Positions 53,416 through 62,776 of a DNA stretch of 64,000 nucleotides are shown here, in pieces. Source of the stretch: Roseomonas sp. (lineage in GTDB: Bacteria > Pseudomonadota > Alphaproteobacteria > Acetobacterales > Acetobacteraceae); assembly GCA_035565935.1 (NCBI GenBank), contig DATMRU010000032.1, positions 22,436 through 86,435 of the forward strand. Reading direction: 5' to 3'. The position numbers and the translations under genes were made by a program. Under the pieces are notes generated by a model, which searched no databases, had not been told where the DNA came from, and saw nothing but the letters and a program-made list of their open reading frames with translations. Position 1 is the first letter of the stretch. Each line of letters starts with the position of its first letter.

Positions 53416-55005
53416 ATGACCCTCCGACGCCGCGACCTCCTGAAGCTCCTGCCAGCCGCAACGCTGCCGATGCCCGCCCTCGGCCAGGACACACGCAGCC
53501 GGACGCTCCGCTTCGTGCCCTCCACCAGCCTGGTCTCGCTGGACCCGGTGATGTCCACCGCGCTGGTGGCCGTCCAGCACGGCTACTACGTCTTCGACAC
53601 GCTCTATGGCGTGGATGCCCGGATGCAGCCGCGGCCGCAGATGGCCGAGGGGCACCAGGTGAGCGACGATGGCCGCAGCTGGACCATCCGGCTGCGCGAG
53701 GGCCTGCGCTTTCACGACGGCGAGCCGGTCCGCTCCCGCGACTGCGCCGCCAGCCTGGAGCGCTGGAGCCGGCGGGACGTCTATGGCCGCGTCTATGGCG
53801 CCGCCGTGGACCGCTACGAGACGCCGGATGACCGCACGCTGCGCATCCACCTCAAGCACCCTTTCCCGCGCCTGACGGATGCCATCGGCAAGCCGCATTC
53901 CTCGCCCGCCTTCATCATGCCCGAGCGGATCGTGAGGGCGGCACCGGACACCCCGATCAAGGAGATCATCGGCTCCGGCCCCTACCGTTTCCTCGCCAAC
54001 GAGTTCGATTCCGGCAGTCTCGTCGCCTATGCCCGCTTCGATGGCTACAAGCCGCGCGAGGAGGCGCCGGAGTGGACCTCCGGCGGCAAGGTGGCGCATT
54101 TCGAGCGCATCGAGTGGCGGGTGATCACCGACAATTCCACCGCCGTCGCCGCCCTGCAGCAGGGCGAGGTGGACTGGATCGAGAACCTCCCCGCCGATCT
54201 GGAGCCGCTGGTGGCACGCAGCCGGGAGGTGCGCATCGAGAACGCCGATCCGCTCGGCACCGAGCTGGTGATGCGCTTCAACCACACCACGGCGCCCTTC
54301 AACAACCCGGCGCTGCGGCGCTTCGTGATGCAGATCGCGAAACAGGTGGACTATCTGGCGACCGTCACCGGCGGCAACCCGAAGGCTTGGCAGGAGTGTC
54401 GCGCCATGTTCCCCTGCCCCATCCCCGGCGTGCAGGAGCTTGGCCGCGACCAGTTCGGGCGGCTCGCAGACGACCCGAAGGCGATCGAGGCGGCGCTGAA
54501 GGCCACCGGCTACAAGGGCGAGAAGGTGGTCATCCTCAACCCCGCCGACAGCACCGCTCTGGCGCCGCTCGGCCCGGTGACGGCCAACCTGCTCCGGCAG
54601 GCGGGGCTGAACGTCGATCTGGTGGACATGGACTGGGGCACGCTGCTGCAACGACGGCTTTCCAAGGCACCCTCCGACCAGGGCGGCTGGAGCATCTTTC
54701 ACAGCACCTGGCCCAGCATCGCCATTGCCGACCCCGTGCAGAACACCACCATTCGTGGCGAGGGCGCGAAAGGCTGGCCGGGCTGGTATGAGAGCGCGGA
54801 GATGGAGCGCCTCGTCACCGCCTGGCTGGGGGCGAACGACGCGGCGGAGCAGAACCGGCTGCAGGGCGAGATCCATCACCTCGCGCTGCAGGACGTGCCG
54901 ACCCTGCCGCTCGGCATCTACTTCCCGCATACCGCCTATCGCACCAGCCTGACCGGCGTGCTCGGCGGATCGGTCCGCTATCCCTGGAATGTGAGGCGCG
55001 CATGA
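53416..55005 (+). CDS. ABC substrate-binding protein family 5 with Tat-like signal
   Basis: MTLRRRDLLKLL, SLDPV, WTIRLREGLRFHDG, IGSGPYRF. Confidence 0.92.
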   Translation: MTLRRRDLLKLLPAATLPMPALGQDTRSRTLRFVPSTSLVSLDPVMSTALVAVQHGYYVFDTLYGVDARMQPRPQMAEGHQVSDDGRSWTIRLREGLRFHDGEPVRSRDCAASLERWSRRDVYGRVYGAAVDRYETPDDRTLRIHLKHPFPRLTDAIGKPHSSPAFIMPERIVRAAPDTPIKEIIGSGPYRFLANEFDSGSLVAYARFDGYKPREEAPEWTSGGKVAHFERIEWRVITDNSTAVAALQQGEVDWIENLPADLEPLVARSREVRIENADPLGTELVMRFNHTTAPFNNPALRRFVMQIAKQVDYLATVTGGNPKAWQECRAMFPCPIPGVQELGRDQFGRLADDPKAIEAALKATGYKGEKVVILNPADSTALAPLGPVTANLLRQAGLNVDLVDMDWGTLLQRRLSKAPSDQGGWSIFHSTWPSIAIADPVQNTTIRGEGAKGWPGWYESAEMERLVTAWLGANDAAEQNRLQGEIHHLALQDVPTLPLGIYFPHTAYRTSLTGVLGGSVRYPWNVRRA

Positions 55006-56273
55006 GCGGGGCACATCTGGTCGGCGGGGTTTCGAGCGCCGCGCGCGCCCTGCCCCTGCTGGATGGCAGCGCGCTCTCCGTGGCGCGCTCTCAGGGACCC
55101 TATCTCTGGGACCGTGAAGGGCGTCGCTACGTGGACACCGCCCTCGGCTTCGGCGGCACCATCCTCGGCCATGCGCCGCCGGAGGTCATGGAGGCCGCGG
55201 CGGCGGCCTTGCGCAATGGGCCGCTGCCCGCCTTCGCCCATCCCGGCGAGGAGGAGGCGGCGGCGGCCATCGCGGCGCATACCGGCCCGCTGGACCGGGT
55301 GCTCTTCGTCAGCACCGGCAGCGAGGCGGTGCACCTGGCCTGCCGCGCCGCGCGCGTCGCCACGGGCCGCCCGCGCATCGCCAAGATGGCGGGCGGCTTC
55401 GATGGCTGGCTGGACGACGTGGCCTTCGGCGGCGCCGGGGCACCCGAGGCAGCCTTCCCCGGCAATGCCCGGCCCGGCACCGACCGCCTCTCCCTGCTGC
55501 GCTTCAACGATGCCGAGGATGCCGAGCGGCTCTTCGCCGAGCATGACGACATCGCCGCCGTGCTGGTGGAGCCGATGCTGGCCAATGCCGGCTGCATCAT
55601 GCCCGCGCCCGGCTATCTGGTGCGGCTGCAGGAGATCGCCCGCCGGCATGGCGCCCTGCTGATCATGGACGAGGTGCTGATGGGCTTCCGGCTGCATGCC
55701 GGACCAACCGCGCACCATCTCGGGCTGGACCCCGACCTCATCACCCTCGGCAAGGCGATCGGCAGCGGCGTGCCGGTGGCGGCGGTGGCCGGACGCGCCG
55801 AAATCATGCGCGCCTTCGCCGAGGGCCGCGCCGTGCGCGCCGGCACCTACAGCGGCAATCCCGTCTCCTGCGCCGCCGTGGTGGCGACGATGCAGTTGCT
55901 CGACGCAGCGGACTATCCCGCCCTTCTCGCGCGGGGCGATGCCTTGCGCGGCCGGATCGAGTCCTGCTTCGCGCAGGCAGGCCTGCCGGTCACCACCAGC
56001 GGCTATGGCGACGTCTTCGCCCTCTGGCCCGGTGACGAGGCGCCGCAGGACTACGACGCGGCGCGGCGCGCCCTGCACCCCACATGGTCCGAGGCGCTGC
56101 ACCTGGAACTGCGGCGGCGGGGCGTGCTGGTCATGCCCTCGGGCTATGGACGGCTCTATCTCTCCTTCGCGCATGACGGCGAGGCGCTGGCGCTGATGGA
56201 GGAAGCCTTCGCCGCGGCGGCGCCCGTGCTGACCAGAGCCAGGGGCTCTGCCCCTGGAACCCCGCCGGGGTGA
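55002..56273 (+). CDS. Class III PLP aminotransferase, GSA-aminomutase-like
   Basis: STGSEAV, LIMDEVLMGFR, TLGKAIGSG, AGTYSGNP. Confidence 0.9.
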   Translation: MSGAHLVGGVSSAARALPLLDGSALSVARSQGPYLWDREGRRYVDTALGFGGTILGHAPPEVMEAAAAALRNGPLPAFAHPGEEEAAAAIAAHTGPLDRVLFVSTGSEAVHLACRAARVATGRPRIAKMAGGFDGWLDDVAFGGAGAPEAAFPGNARPGTDRLSLLRFNDAEDAERLFAEHDDIAAVLVEPMLANAGCIMPAPGYLVRLQEIARRHGALLIMDEVLMGFRLHAGPTAHHLGLDPDLITLGKAIGSGVPVAAVAGRAEIMRAFAEGRAVRAGTYSGNPVSCAAVVATMQLLDAADYPALLARGDALRGRIESCFAQAGLPVTTSGYGDVFALWPGDEAPQDYDAARRALHPTWSEALHLELRRRGVLVMPSGYGRLYLSFAHDGEALALMEEAFAAAAPVLTRARGSAPGTPPG

Positions 56274-56375
56274 CAGTGTCACCCCGGACCCCGCCATCGG
56301 TTTTTACGAATGTGGGGGTCTGGGGGAACTCAGTTCCCCCAGCGGGGAGGCCGGGAGGGGCAGCGCCCCTCCCGG
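56239..56375. repeat. Composite REP-like element with four GC-rich hairpins
   Basis: Inverted repeats with 3-nt loops at 56239-56257, 56265-56287, 56320-56342 and 56351-56375, between convergent genes. Confidence 0.75.
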
Positions 56376-56382
56376 CGGCGGG

Positions 56383-57876
56383 TCAGCCTGCGCGACGGCG
56401 CAGTTGCACCTGCGGCGTGATGTCCAGATCATCGAGCGGATAGAAGGGCCGCGCCACGGTGAAGGGCAGTTCGGCGACGCGGTAGGAGGACATGCCCGGC
56501 GTGTCCACCGTGATGCACTCGCCGATTGCGGCATAGTTGAGGGTGAAGTGGTAGCCGGACCGGGTGACGACGACGCGCTGCTCAGCCGGCTCCACCCCCA
56601 TGGCGCGGTAGTATTCTGGGTCGATGTAGGAATAGGGGAAGGCGGTCAGAACCACTTTCAGCTCCCCCACGCGCAGCACGGCATAGGGCCCGACGGTGGA
56701 GCGCTGGCCCTTCTCGGCCGGGCCGGCATAGACCAGCGAGGCCCCCTCACCGGCGGCGACCACCTCGCCCGTCAGCGTCACCGGCGGTGCCACGGTCGAG
56801 TGGCGGCCACCCAGCGTCACGGTCACGGTGGCGCCAGTTCCGGCCTCCCGGCAGCGCGCCACCGCCGCGGCATCGGTGATCGGCACGGCGGCGGGAATGT
56901 CGGCACCGAGACCGAGCAGCGCATGCAGGATCACCGTGCTGTCGCCCGGCGCGCCGGCGGCCACCCGGTCCCCCTGGTCGCCCAGGATCAGCGGGCGCGG
57001 CGTGCCGGCGACGGCCCGGGCCAGGCAGTCCTCCAGGCGCGGATAGCGGCCGATCAGCGCGGCCCGCGCGGCCCAGAGATCGGCGGCCAGGGCGGCGACG
57101 AGCGCCTCCGCCTCCTCGGAGCGCCCGTTGCCATAGGCCATCACCACCTGGCCCAGCCCCGGCACGTCGAGGAATTGCTGCGCGTTGAAGATCGAGGCGT
57201 CGTAGACGCGGCCCGCCTCCACGGCGGCCCGCGCCCGGGCATGCAGGCCGCGCAGCGGCTCCTCGTCGGTGCGGTCATTGCCGAGGGTCAGCATCGGCAG
57301 ATGCGCCCAGGCCAGCACCGGGTCGAGCCGGCCGTCGAGCATGGCGAAGGCGGCATCCCCGGCGCGCCGGCCCGTCGCGCCCTGGTCGGCATGCGGGTTG
57401 GTGAGATAGGCGGCGAGGACATCGCAGGCGCCAAGCGTCTCGGGCGTGACATGCGCGTGCAGGTCGAAGGCGGCGGTGATCGGCACCCCCGGCCCGACGA
57501 TGGCCCGCAGCTCCTGGATCAGCACGCCCTCCGGGTCGGCCAGGGCCGGCGTCAGCATGCCGCCGTGCAGCGGCAGGGCGATGGCGTCGAAGTCGCCGCG
57601 GCGCGCCGCCTCCAGCATCCTGGCCCGCACTTCGGCGAAGACCGCCTCCTCCACCGGCCCGCCGGACTGGGCCCGGAACAGCGTCGGCACCATCACCTCG
57701 GCGCCCACCGCATCCGCGGCGGCGATGATGCCCCCGAGCGTCGAGTTGGTCCCGCGCGCGCGGCGGACCGCCTCCGCGCCCTCGGTGATGGTGAAGCTCG
57801 CCCGTCCTGTCAGGACCGGGTTGAAACTGTGGGATTCCTGGGCGATGCCGCCCGCCAGGATGCGCCGTGCCGCCAT
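56383..57876 (-). CDS. M81/MlrC-family metallopeptidase
   Basis: GGIAQESHSF, LPLHGGM, DPEG, FDLHAH, YLTNPHAD, DQGDRVAAGAPGD. Confidence 0.9.
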   Translation of the reverse strand: MAARRILAGGIAQESHSFNPVLTGRASFTITEGAEAVRRARGTNSTLGGIIAAADAVGAEVMVPTLFRAQSGGPVEEAVFAEVRARMLEAARRGDFDAIALPLHGGMLTPALADPEGVLIQELRAIVGPGVPITAAFDLHAHVTPETLGACDVLAAYLTNPHADQGATGRRAGDAAFAMLDGRLDPVLAWAHLPMLTLGNDRTDEEPLRGLHARARAAVEAGRVYDASIFNAQQFLDVPGLGQVVMAYGNGRSEEAEALVAALAADLWAARAALIGRYPRLEDCLARAVAGTPRPLILGDQGDRVAAGAPGDSTVILHALLGLGADIPAAVPITDAAAVARCREAGTGATVTVTLGGRHSTVAPPVTLTGEVVAAGEGASLVYAGPAEKGQRSTVGPYAVLRVGELKVVLTAFPYSYIDPEYYRAMGVEPAEQRVVVTRSGYHFTLNYAAIGECITVDTPGMSSYRVAELPFTVARPFYPLDDLDITPQVQLRRRAG

Positions 57877-57977
57877 TCGACCCTCGCCATCTCAAATGTG
57901 CCGGGGCAGCAGCAGAGAATGCCGGCGAAGGCCGTGCAACGCCCCCGCGCGCCCGCGGGCAGGATACTCGCCGGTGC

Positions 57978-58526
57978 CTAGTAGGTCGGCGGGGTGATGG
58001 CGCTGACGATGGTGCTGACCCCCTCGGCCACGTTGCGGAAGCGGTGCGGCTGCCGGCTGTCGAAGTAGTAGCCGTCTCCCTCGCGCAGGATGCGGCTCTC
58101 GGTGCCGACGGTGACCTCGACGGCGCCCCGCGTGACGATTCCGGCCTCCTCGGCATTATGGGCGACGGTGCCATCGGTCGCGGCGCCGGGGGCGTAGCGC
58201 TCGGAGAGCAGCAGCATGTGCCGGTTCGGGTAGTCCATCCCCACCAGGCGATAGGAGACCCTGTCGGCGCGGCCGATTTCGGTCAGCTCACCAGCCGGAT
58301 AGAAGATGCGCGTCGGCACGACGCTTTCGAGATCAGCGAAGAAGCCCGAGATGGTCAGGCCGAGCGCCCCGAGGATGGCCCCCAGCGTGTCCACCGAGGG
58401 GCTCATCCTGTCCCGCTCGATCAGCGAGATGGCCGAGTGCGAAACGCCCGAGCGCGCCGCCAGCTCGCGCATGCCCAGGCCCCGCCGCAGGCGCAGGCTT
58501 CGCAGCTTCGCTCCGACCATCGGCAT
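57978..58526 (-). CDS. XRE-cupin regulator, PuuR-like
   Basis: LRLRRGLGMRELAARSGVSHSAISLIER plus C-terminal cupin GDGYYFDS. Confidence 0.92.
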   Translation of the reverse strand: MPMVGAKLRSLRLRRGLGMRELAARSGVSHSAISLIERDRMSPSVDTLGAILGALGLTISGFFADLESVVPTRIFYPAGELTEIGRADRVSYRLVGMDYPNRHMLLLSERYAPGAATDGTVAHNAEEAGIVTRGAVEVTVGTESRILREGDGYYFDSRQPHRFRNVAEGVSTIVSAITPPTY

Positions 58527-58612
58527 CCGTCTTGCTCTCCAGGCGCTGCCCTCGACGGGTCGAGTCTAGCCTCGCCGCGCCGGCCGTGGTGAGAAAACTG
58601 GACGCGCCGCCT

Positions 58613-59368
58613 TCAGAGCGGATAAGCCAAGCCGAGCTTGCGGCGGATCAGCTCGTGCCGGCCGGGCTGCGCCGCCGCACCGCGCAGCCGTGTCTGCAGC
58701 GCCTCGATGTAGTTCTGGCGGGTGCGCAGGATATGGCTGTCGAGCAGCGCCGGCAGCGCCGCCGCCTCTCCCCCCGCGAAGATCTCCACCATCCGCTCGT
58801 GGTCGGCGAAGGAGCGCGCCGGCTCGCCCTCGGTGGCGAAGGCCAAGTGCGTGCGCAGCGCGGAAATCCGGCCGAGGCCCATCTCATAGGCCTCGGTCAG
58901 GAAGCGGTTGCCGCAATGGGTGAAGAAGGCCAGGTGGAAGGCAAGGTCCGCCTCGCCATAGAGCCGCATGTCGTCGGTGGCCTGGGCCTCGCGCATCCGC
59001 TCCACCGCCGCAGCCAGCGCGCGATGCGTCGCCGCGCGGTCGCGCCGCAGCGCCAGCATCGCCGCCTTCACCTCCAGCACCGAGCGGAACTCGCAAAGCT
59101 CGGCGATCTCCTCCTCGGTCGGGTTGAAGACAAAGGTTCCGGATTTCGGCACCACCGTCACCAGCCCCTGCATCTGCAAGAGCCGCAGGGCTTCCCGCAC
59201 CGGCGTGCGGCTGACGCCGAGCGCGGCGGCGAGGCCGTCTTCCGACAGCGCCTCGCCGAGGTCGAAATCGGCCAGGATGATGGCTCGGCGGATGCGCTCG
59301 GCCACCTGCGCCCCCAGCGAGGGGTTCCGCTGTGCCTTCTGCGCCATCGCCACCATCCTGCCTGCCAT
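58613..59368 (-). CDS. GntR-family (FCD) regulator
   Basis: LSEDGLAAALGVSRTPVREAL, DLAFH, DHERMV. Confidence 0.93.
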   Translation of the reverse strand: MAGRMVAMAQKAQRNPSLGAQVAERIRRAIILADFDLGEALSEDGLAAALGVSRTPVREALRLLQMQGLVTVVPKSGTFVFNPTEEEIAELCEFRSVLEVKAAMLALRRDRAATHRALAAAVERMREAQATDDMRLYGEADLAFHLAFFTHCGNRFLTEAYEMGLGRISALRTHLAFATEGEPARSFADHERMVEIFAGGEAAALPALLDSHILRTRQNYIEALQTRLRGAAAQPGRHELIRRKLGLAYPL

Positions 59369-59379
59369 GGGTTCCTCCT

Positions 59380-59421
59380 TAGAGCGTTTTCCGTTCGCAT
59401 TGGCTCACGGAGAACGCTCTA
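59380..59421. repeat. Miniature palindromic repeat TAGAGCGTT...AACGCTCTA
   Basis: 15-bp inverted repeat with one mismatch; resembles small alphaproteobacterial intergenic repeats. Confidence 0.6.
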
Positions 59422-59447
59422 GGATGTTGTCTCTGCGAGCACCTTCA

Positions 59448-59475
59448 CCCGATCAGGCAATTCCGCCTGATCGGG
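59448..59475. terminator. Perfect 11-bp hairpin downstream of MFS gene
   Basis: CCCGATCAGGC-AATTCC-GCCTGATCGGG; no clear U tract, so may be a REP. Confidence 0.45.
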
Positions 59476-59482
59476 ATCTGCT

Positions 59483-60793
59483 CTAGCCGTCGCGGCGGAC
59501 CTTCAGCGAGAGGCAAAGGGCGCAGCCGATCACCGGGAAGATGGCCAGCGCCAGCAAGGCGAGGGTGAAGCTGCCGCTGCTCTCGCGCACCCAGCCCACG
59601 AGCGAGGGGCCGAAGAAGCCGCCGAGCTGCGCGAAGCCGTTGATGGCGGCCAGCCCGCCCGCCGCCGCCGCGCCGGTGAGGAACTGGGTCGGCAGCGTCC
59701 AGAACACGCCGAGCGTCGCCCACAGCACGAAGGCCGAGCAGCAGAGCAGGATCATGCTGATCATCGGCGAGGGGGCCAGCGCGCTCGCCGCCAGGAACAG
59801 CCCGCCGAACAGGCCGCTCAGCGCCGTATGCCACTTCCGCTCGCCGCTGCGGTCGGAGGAGCGCGCGATGACCATCAGGCCGATGGCGGCGAAGACGAAG
59901 GGAATGGCGGAGACCAGGCCGGTCTGCATGTTGCTGAGCCCGCCGATGCTCTTCACGATCTGCGGCAGCCAGAGCACCACGCCGTAGATGGCGATGCCGT
60001 TGCACATGTAGATCGCCGTCAGCAGCCAGACGCGCGGCTCGCGGATGATGGCGCGGAACTCGCCATGGCCGCCATGGCCGGCGACGGCCTTCTCCTCCCG
60101 CTGCATCTCGGCGATCAGCCAGGCGCGCTCCTCCGTGTCCAGCCAGCGGCGGTCGCCTTCCGGCCGGTCCACCAGATAGAAGAAGGTGACGATGCCGAGG
60201 ATGATGGCCGGGAGCCCTTCCAGCAGGAACATCCACTGCCAGCCGGAGAAGCCGAGCCATTCATGCGTGCCGCTGATCAGCCAGCCGGAGAGCGGCGCGC
60301 CGATCACGGAGGACAGCACGGTGGCCGTCATGAAGCCCGCCACGGCGCGGCCGCGCTCGCGCGCCGGGAACCAGTAGGTCAGGTAGAGCAGGATGCCGGG
60401 CGCAAAGCCGGCCTCGGCGAGGCCGAGCAGGAAGCGCAGGATGTAGAAGCTCCAGGGCCCGGCGGTGAAGGCCATGGCGCAGGAGACGATGCCCCAGGTC
60501 ACCATGATCCGCGCGATCCAGACGCGCGGCCCCACCTTGTGCAGGATCAGGTTGCTCGGCACCTCGAAGGCCATGTAGCCGAGGAAGAAGATGCCCGCGC
60601 CGAAGCCGAAGACCGCCGGCGTCAGTCCCAGCTCCTGGTTCATCTGCAGGGCGGCGAAGCCGACATTCACGCGGTCGAGGTAATTGATGATGAACAGGAC
60701 GAAGCAATACAGCACGATGCGCGTGTAGAGCTTCTTCATCACCCGTTCGCGGATGCCGGGCGCGGCCTCCGCGAAGGTGGCGGCATGGGACAC
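59483..60793 (-). CDS. MFS transporter, ACS family (TtuB/tartrate-like)
   Basis: INYLDRVNVGFA, FEVPSN, GPRVWIARIM, GLAEAGFAPG; GTG start 60793. Confidence 0.92.
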   Translation of the reverse strand: MSHAATFAEAAPGIRERVMKKLYTRIVLYCFVLFIINYLDRVNVGFAALQMNQELGLTPAVFGFGAGIFFLGYMAFEVPSNLILHKVGPRVWIARIMVTWGIVSCAMAFTAGPWSFYILRFLLGLAEAGFAPGILLYLTYWFPARERGRAVAGFMTATVLSSVIGAPLSGWLISGTHEWLGFSGWQWMFLLEGLPAIILGIVTFFYLVDRPEGDRRWLDTEERAWLIAEMQREEKAVAGHGGHGEFRAIIREPRVWLLTAIYMCNGIAIYGVVLWLPQIVKSIGGLSNMQTGLVSAIPFVFAAIGLMVIARSSDRSGERKWHTALSGLFGGLFLAASALAPSPMISMILLCCSAFVLWATLGVFWTLPTQFLTGAAAAGGLAAINGFAQLGGFFGPSLVGWVRESSGSFTLALLALAIFPVIGCALCLSLKVRRDG

Positions 60794-61042
60794 GATAGCT
60801 TCTCCTCCCTCGATGCCCGCGCACCCTGCGCCGGGGAGGAAGCCAGGAGAGGCGTGCATGCCGGGCGCGGAGCCACGGCCTTTCCTTGGTTCATCCCTGG
60901 TGCCGCGGTTCGCGAGGCGGCTTGCGGCGGAGCCTATCGGGCTTGTTTCTGGAACACAAGAACATGTATCCTAGTTTCCGGAGCAGGAATCGCAGGAGGA
61001 CGCCATGACCCCAGCCTATCGTCGACCCACGGGCCGCGCCGG

Positions 61043-61798
61043 GTGACGGGTCCGCTTCCCCCGGGTGCCATGGAAGGCGCCTGCGTCATCATCACCGGCG
61101 GCGCCTCCGGCATCGGGCGCGCCATAGTGGATGCGGTGGTCGCGCATGGCGGCAAGGCCATCGTGTGGGACATCAACGCGGCGCAGCTCGCCGAATGCGC
61201 GGCGCGGCATGGCGCCGCGGTGCACACCGCCCAGGTGAATGTCGCCGACCACCGCGCCGTCACCGCCGCCGCCGCGCGCCTCGGCACGGATTACGCCCGG
61301 CCGACGCATCTGGTGAACAATGCCGGCATCATCGGCAAGGTGATGCCGCTGGCGGAGATGGACCCGGAGGAGGTCGATCGCGTCCTCTCCGTCAACCTCA
61401 AGAGCGCGCTCTACTGCATGCGCGCCTTCCTGACGCATCGCGCGCCGCATCCGCACGCGGCGATCGTCAATCTCTCCTCCATCGCCGCGCGCACTGGCGG
61501 CATGCCGGGCAATGCGCTCTATGCCACCACCAAGGGCGCGATTGCCTCACTGACCCGCGCGGCGGCGAAGGAGCTGGCACCGGAGGTGCGCGTCAACGCG
61601 CTGGCACCTGGCATCATCGACACGCCGATCCAGGCGGATTCGCTGGGCGACACGAGCAAGCTCCAGGAGATCGCCAAAGCGATCCCGCTGCGGCGCGTCG
61701 GCCTCGCGGCGGAGGTGGCGGAGGCGGCGCTGTGGCTGCTCTCCGGCGCATCGGCCTATGTCACCGCCTCGATGATCGACGTCGCCGGCGGGCGCTGA
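61043..61798 (+). CDS. SDR oxidoreductase
   Basis: TGGASGIG, LVNNAG, YATTKGA, VNALAPG; start GTG 61043 or ATG 61070. Confidence 0.9.
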   Translation: MTGPLPPGAMEGACVIITGGASGIGRAIVDAVVAHGGKAIVWDINAAQLAECAARHGAAVHTAQVNVADHRAVTAAAARLGTDYARPTHLVNNAGIIGKVMPLAEMDPEEVDRVLSVNLKSALYCMRAFLTHRAPHPHAAIVNLSSIAARTGGMPGNALYATTKGAIASLTRAAAKELAPEVRVNALAPGIIDTPIQADSLGDTSKLQEIAKAIPLRRVGLAAEVAEAALWLLSGASAYVTASMIDVAGGR

Positions 61799-61821
61799 GA
61801 AAGGAAGGGGAGGGAAAAAGC

Positions 61822-62694
61822 ATGGGGCATGAAGGGCATCCGGCCGCGGCGCTGCGCGCGGCGATGGCACGCAGCATCGTCATGGCACCGGGCGCGCCCG
61901 ATGCGCTGACGGCGCGGATGATCGAGCGCGCGGGCTTCCCGGCGGTCTACATGACTGGGCTCGGCGCCACTGCGGTGCGGCTCGGCATGCCGGATCTCGG
62001 GCTGCTGACGCAGACCGAGATGGCGGAGCATGCGCGCAGCATGACCCGCGCGGTGTCGATCCCGGTGATCGCCGATGCCGATACCGGCTATGGTGGTGTG
62101 CTGAACATCGAGCGCACGGTGCGCGAATACGTCCAGGCCGGCGTCGCTGCCTTCCATCTGGAGGACCAGGTGGCGCCGAAGCGCTGCGGCCAGCTCGCCG
62201 GCATCCGCCTGATGGAGGCGGAGGAGAGCGCGCAACGGCTGAAGGCCGCCGTCGCCGCGCGCGGGAAGGACGCGCTGCTGGTGATCGGCCGCACCGATGC
62301 ATTGGCTGCCACCGGCATGGCGGAGGCGCTGGAACGCGCGAAGCGCTACCAGGACACCGGCATCGACCTCGTCTTTGTCGATGGCATCAGGAAGATCGCC
62401 GAGGCGGAGGCGGTGGCGCGGGCGATCTCCGGCCCCAAGGTGATGACGGTGGTGGACGGCAATGAGACGGTGGGGCTGACCGCCGAGGTGCTGCAGCAGA
62501 TGGGCTTCAGCGTCGTGTTCTATGCCGTCAGCACGCTGTTCACCGCGATCCGCGCGATCGGCGACACGCTGGCGGAGCTGAAGCGGGCCGGCACGCCGAA
62601 GGGCCGGGCCGACAGCATGGCCAGCTATGCCGAGTTCGCCGAGGTGGTCGGGCTGCACGAGCGGCAGGCCTGGGCCGACCGCTTCGGCGGTTGA
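61822..62694 (+). CDS. Isocitrate lyase/PEP mutase superfamily enzyme (PrpB-like)
   Basis: VIADADTGYG, HLEDQVAPKRCG, IGRTDA. Confidence 0.9.
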   Translation: MGHEGHPAAALRAAMARSIVMAPGAPDALTARMIERAGFPAVYMTGLGATAVRLGMPDLGLLTQTEMAEHARSMTRAVSIPVIADADTGYGGVLNIERTVREYVQAGVAAFHLEDQVAPKRCGQLAGIRLMEAEESAQRLKAAVAARGKDALLVIGRTDALAATGMAEALERAKRYQDTGIDLVFVDGIRKIAEAEAVARAISGPKVMTVVDGNETVGLTAEVLQQMGFSVVFYAVSTLFTAIRAIGDTLAELKRAGTPKGRADSMASYAEFAEVVGLHERQAWADRFGG

Positions 62695-62776
62695 GCCGGA
62701 CCCGCTGCGGACCTACCACCCGCGCCGGCACGGGGCCTCACCTGCCCAGGGAGTTTTTTCCCTGGGCGGGATCTTC

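Noticed and set aside
60940-60970. GAAC repeats as an SOS box or GntR operator
   Set aside because: Spacing is 4 nt rather than 7 and the palindrome is limited to the outer 5 bp
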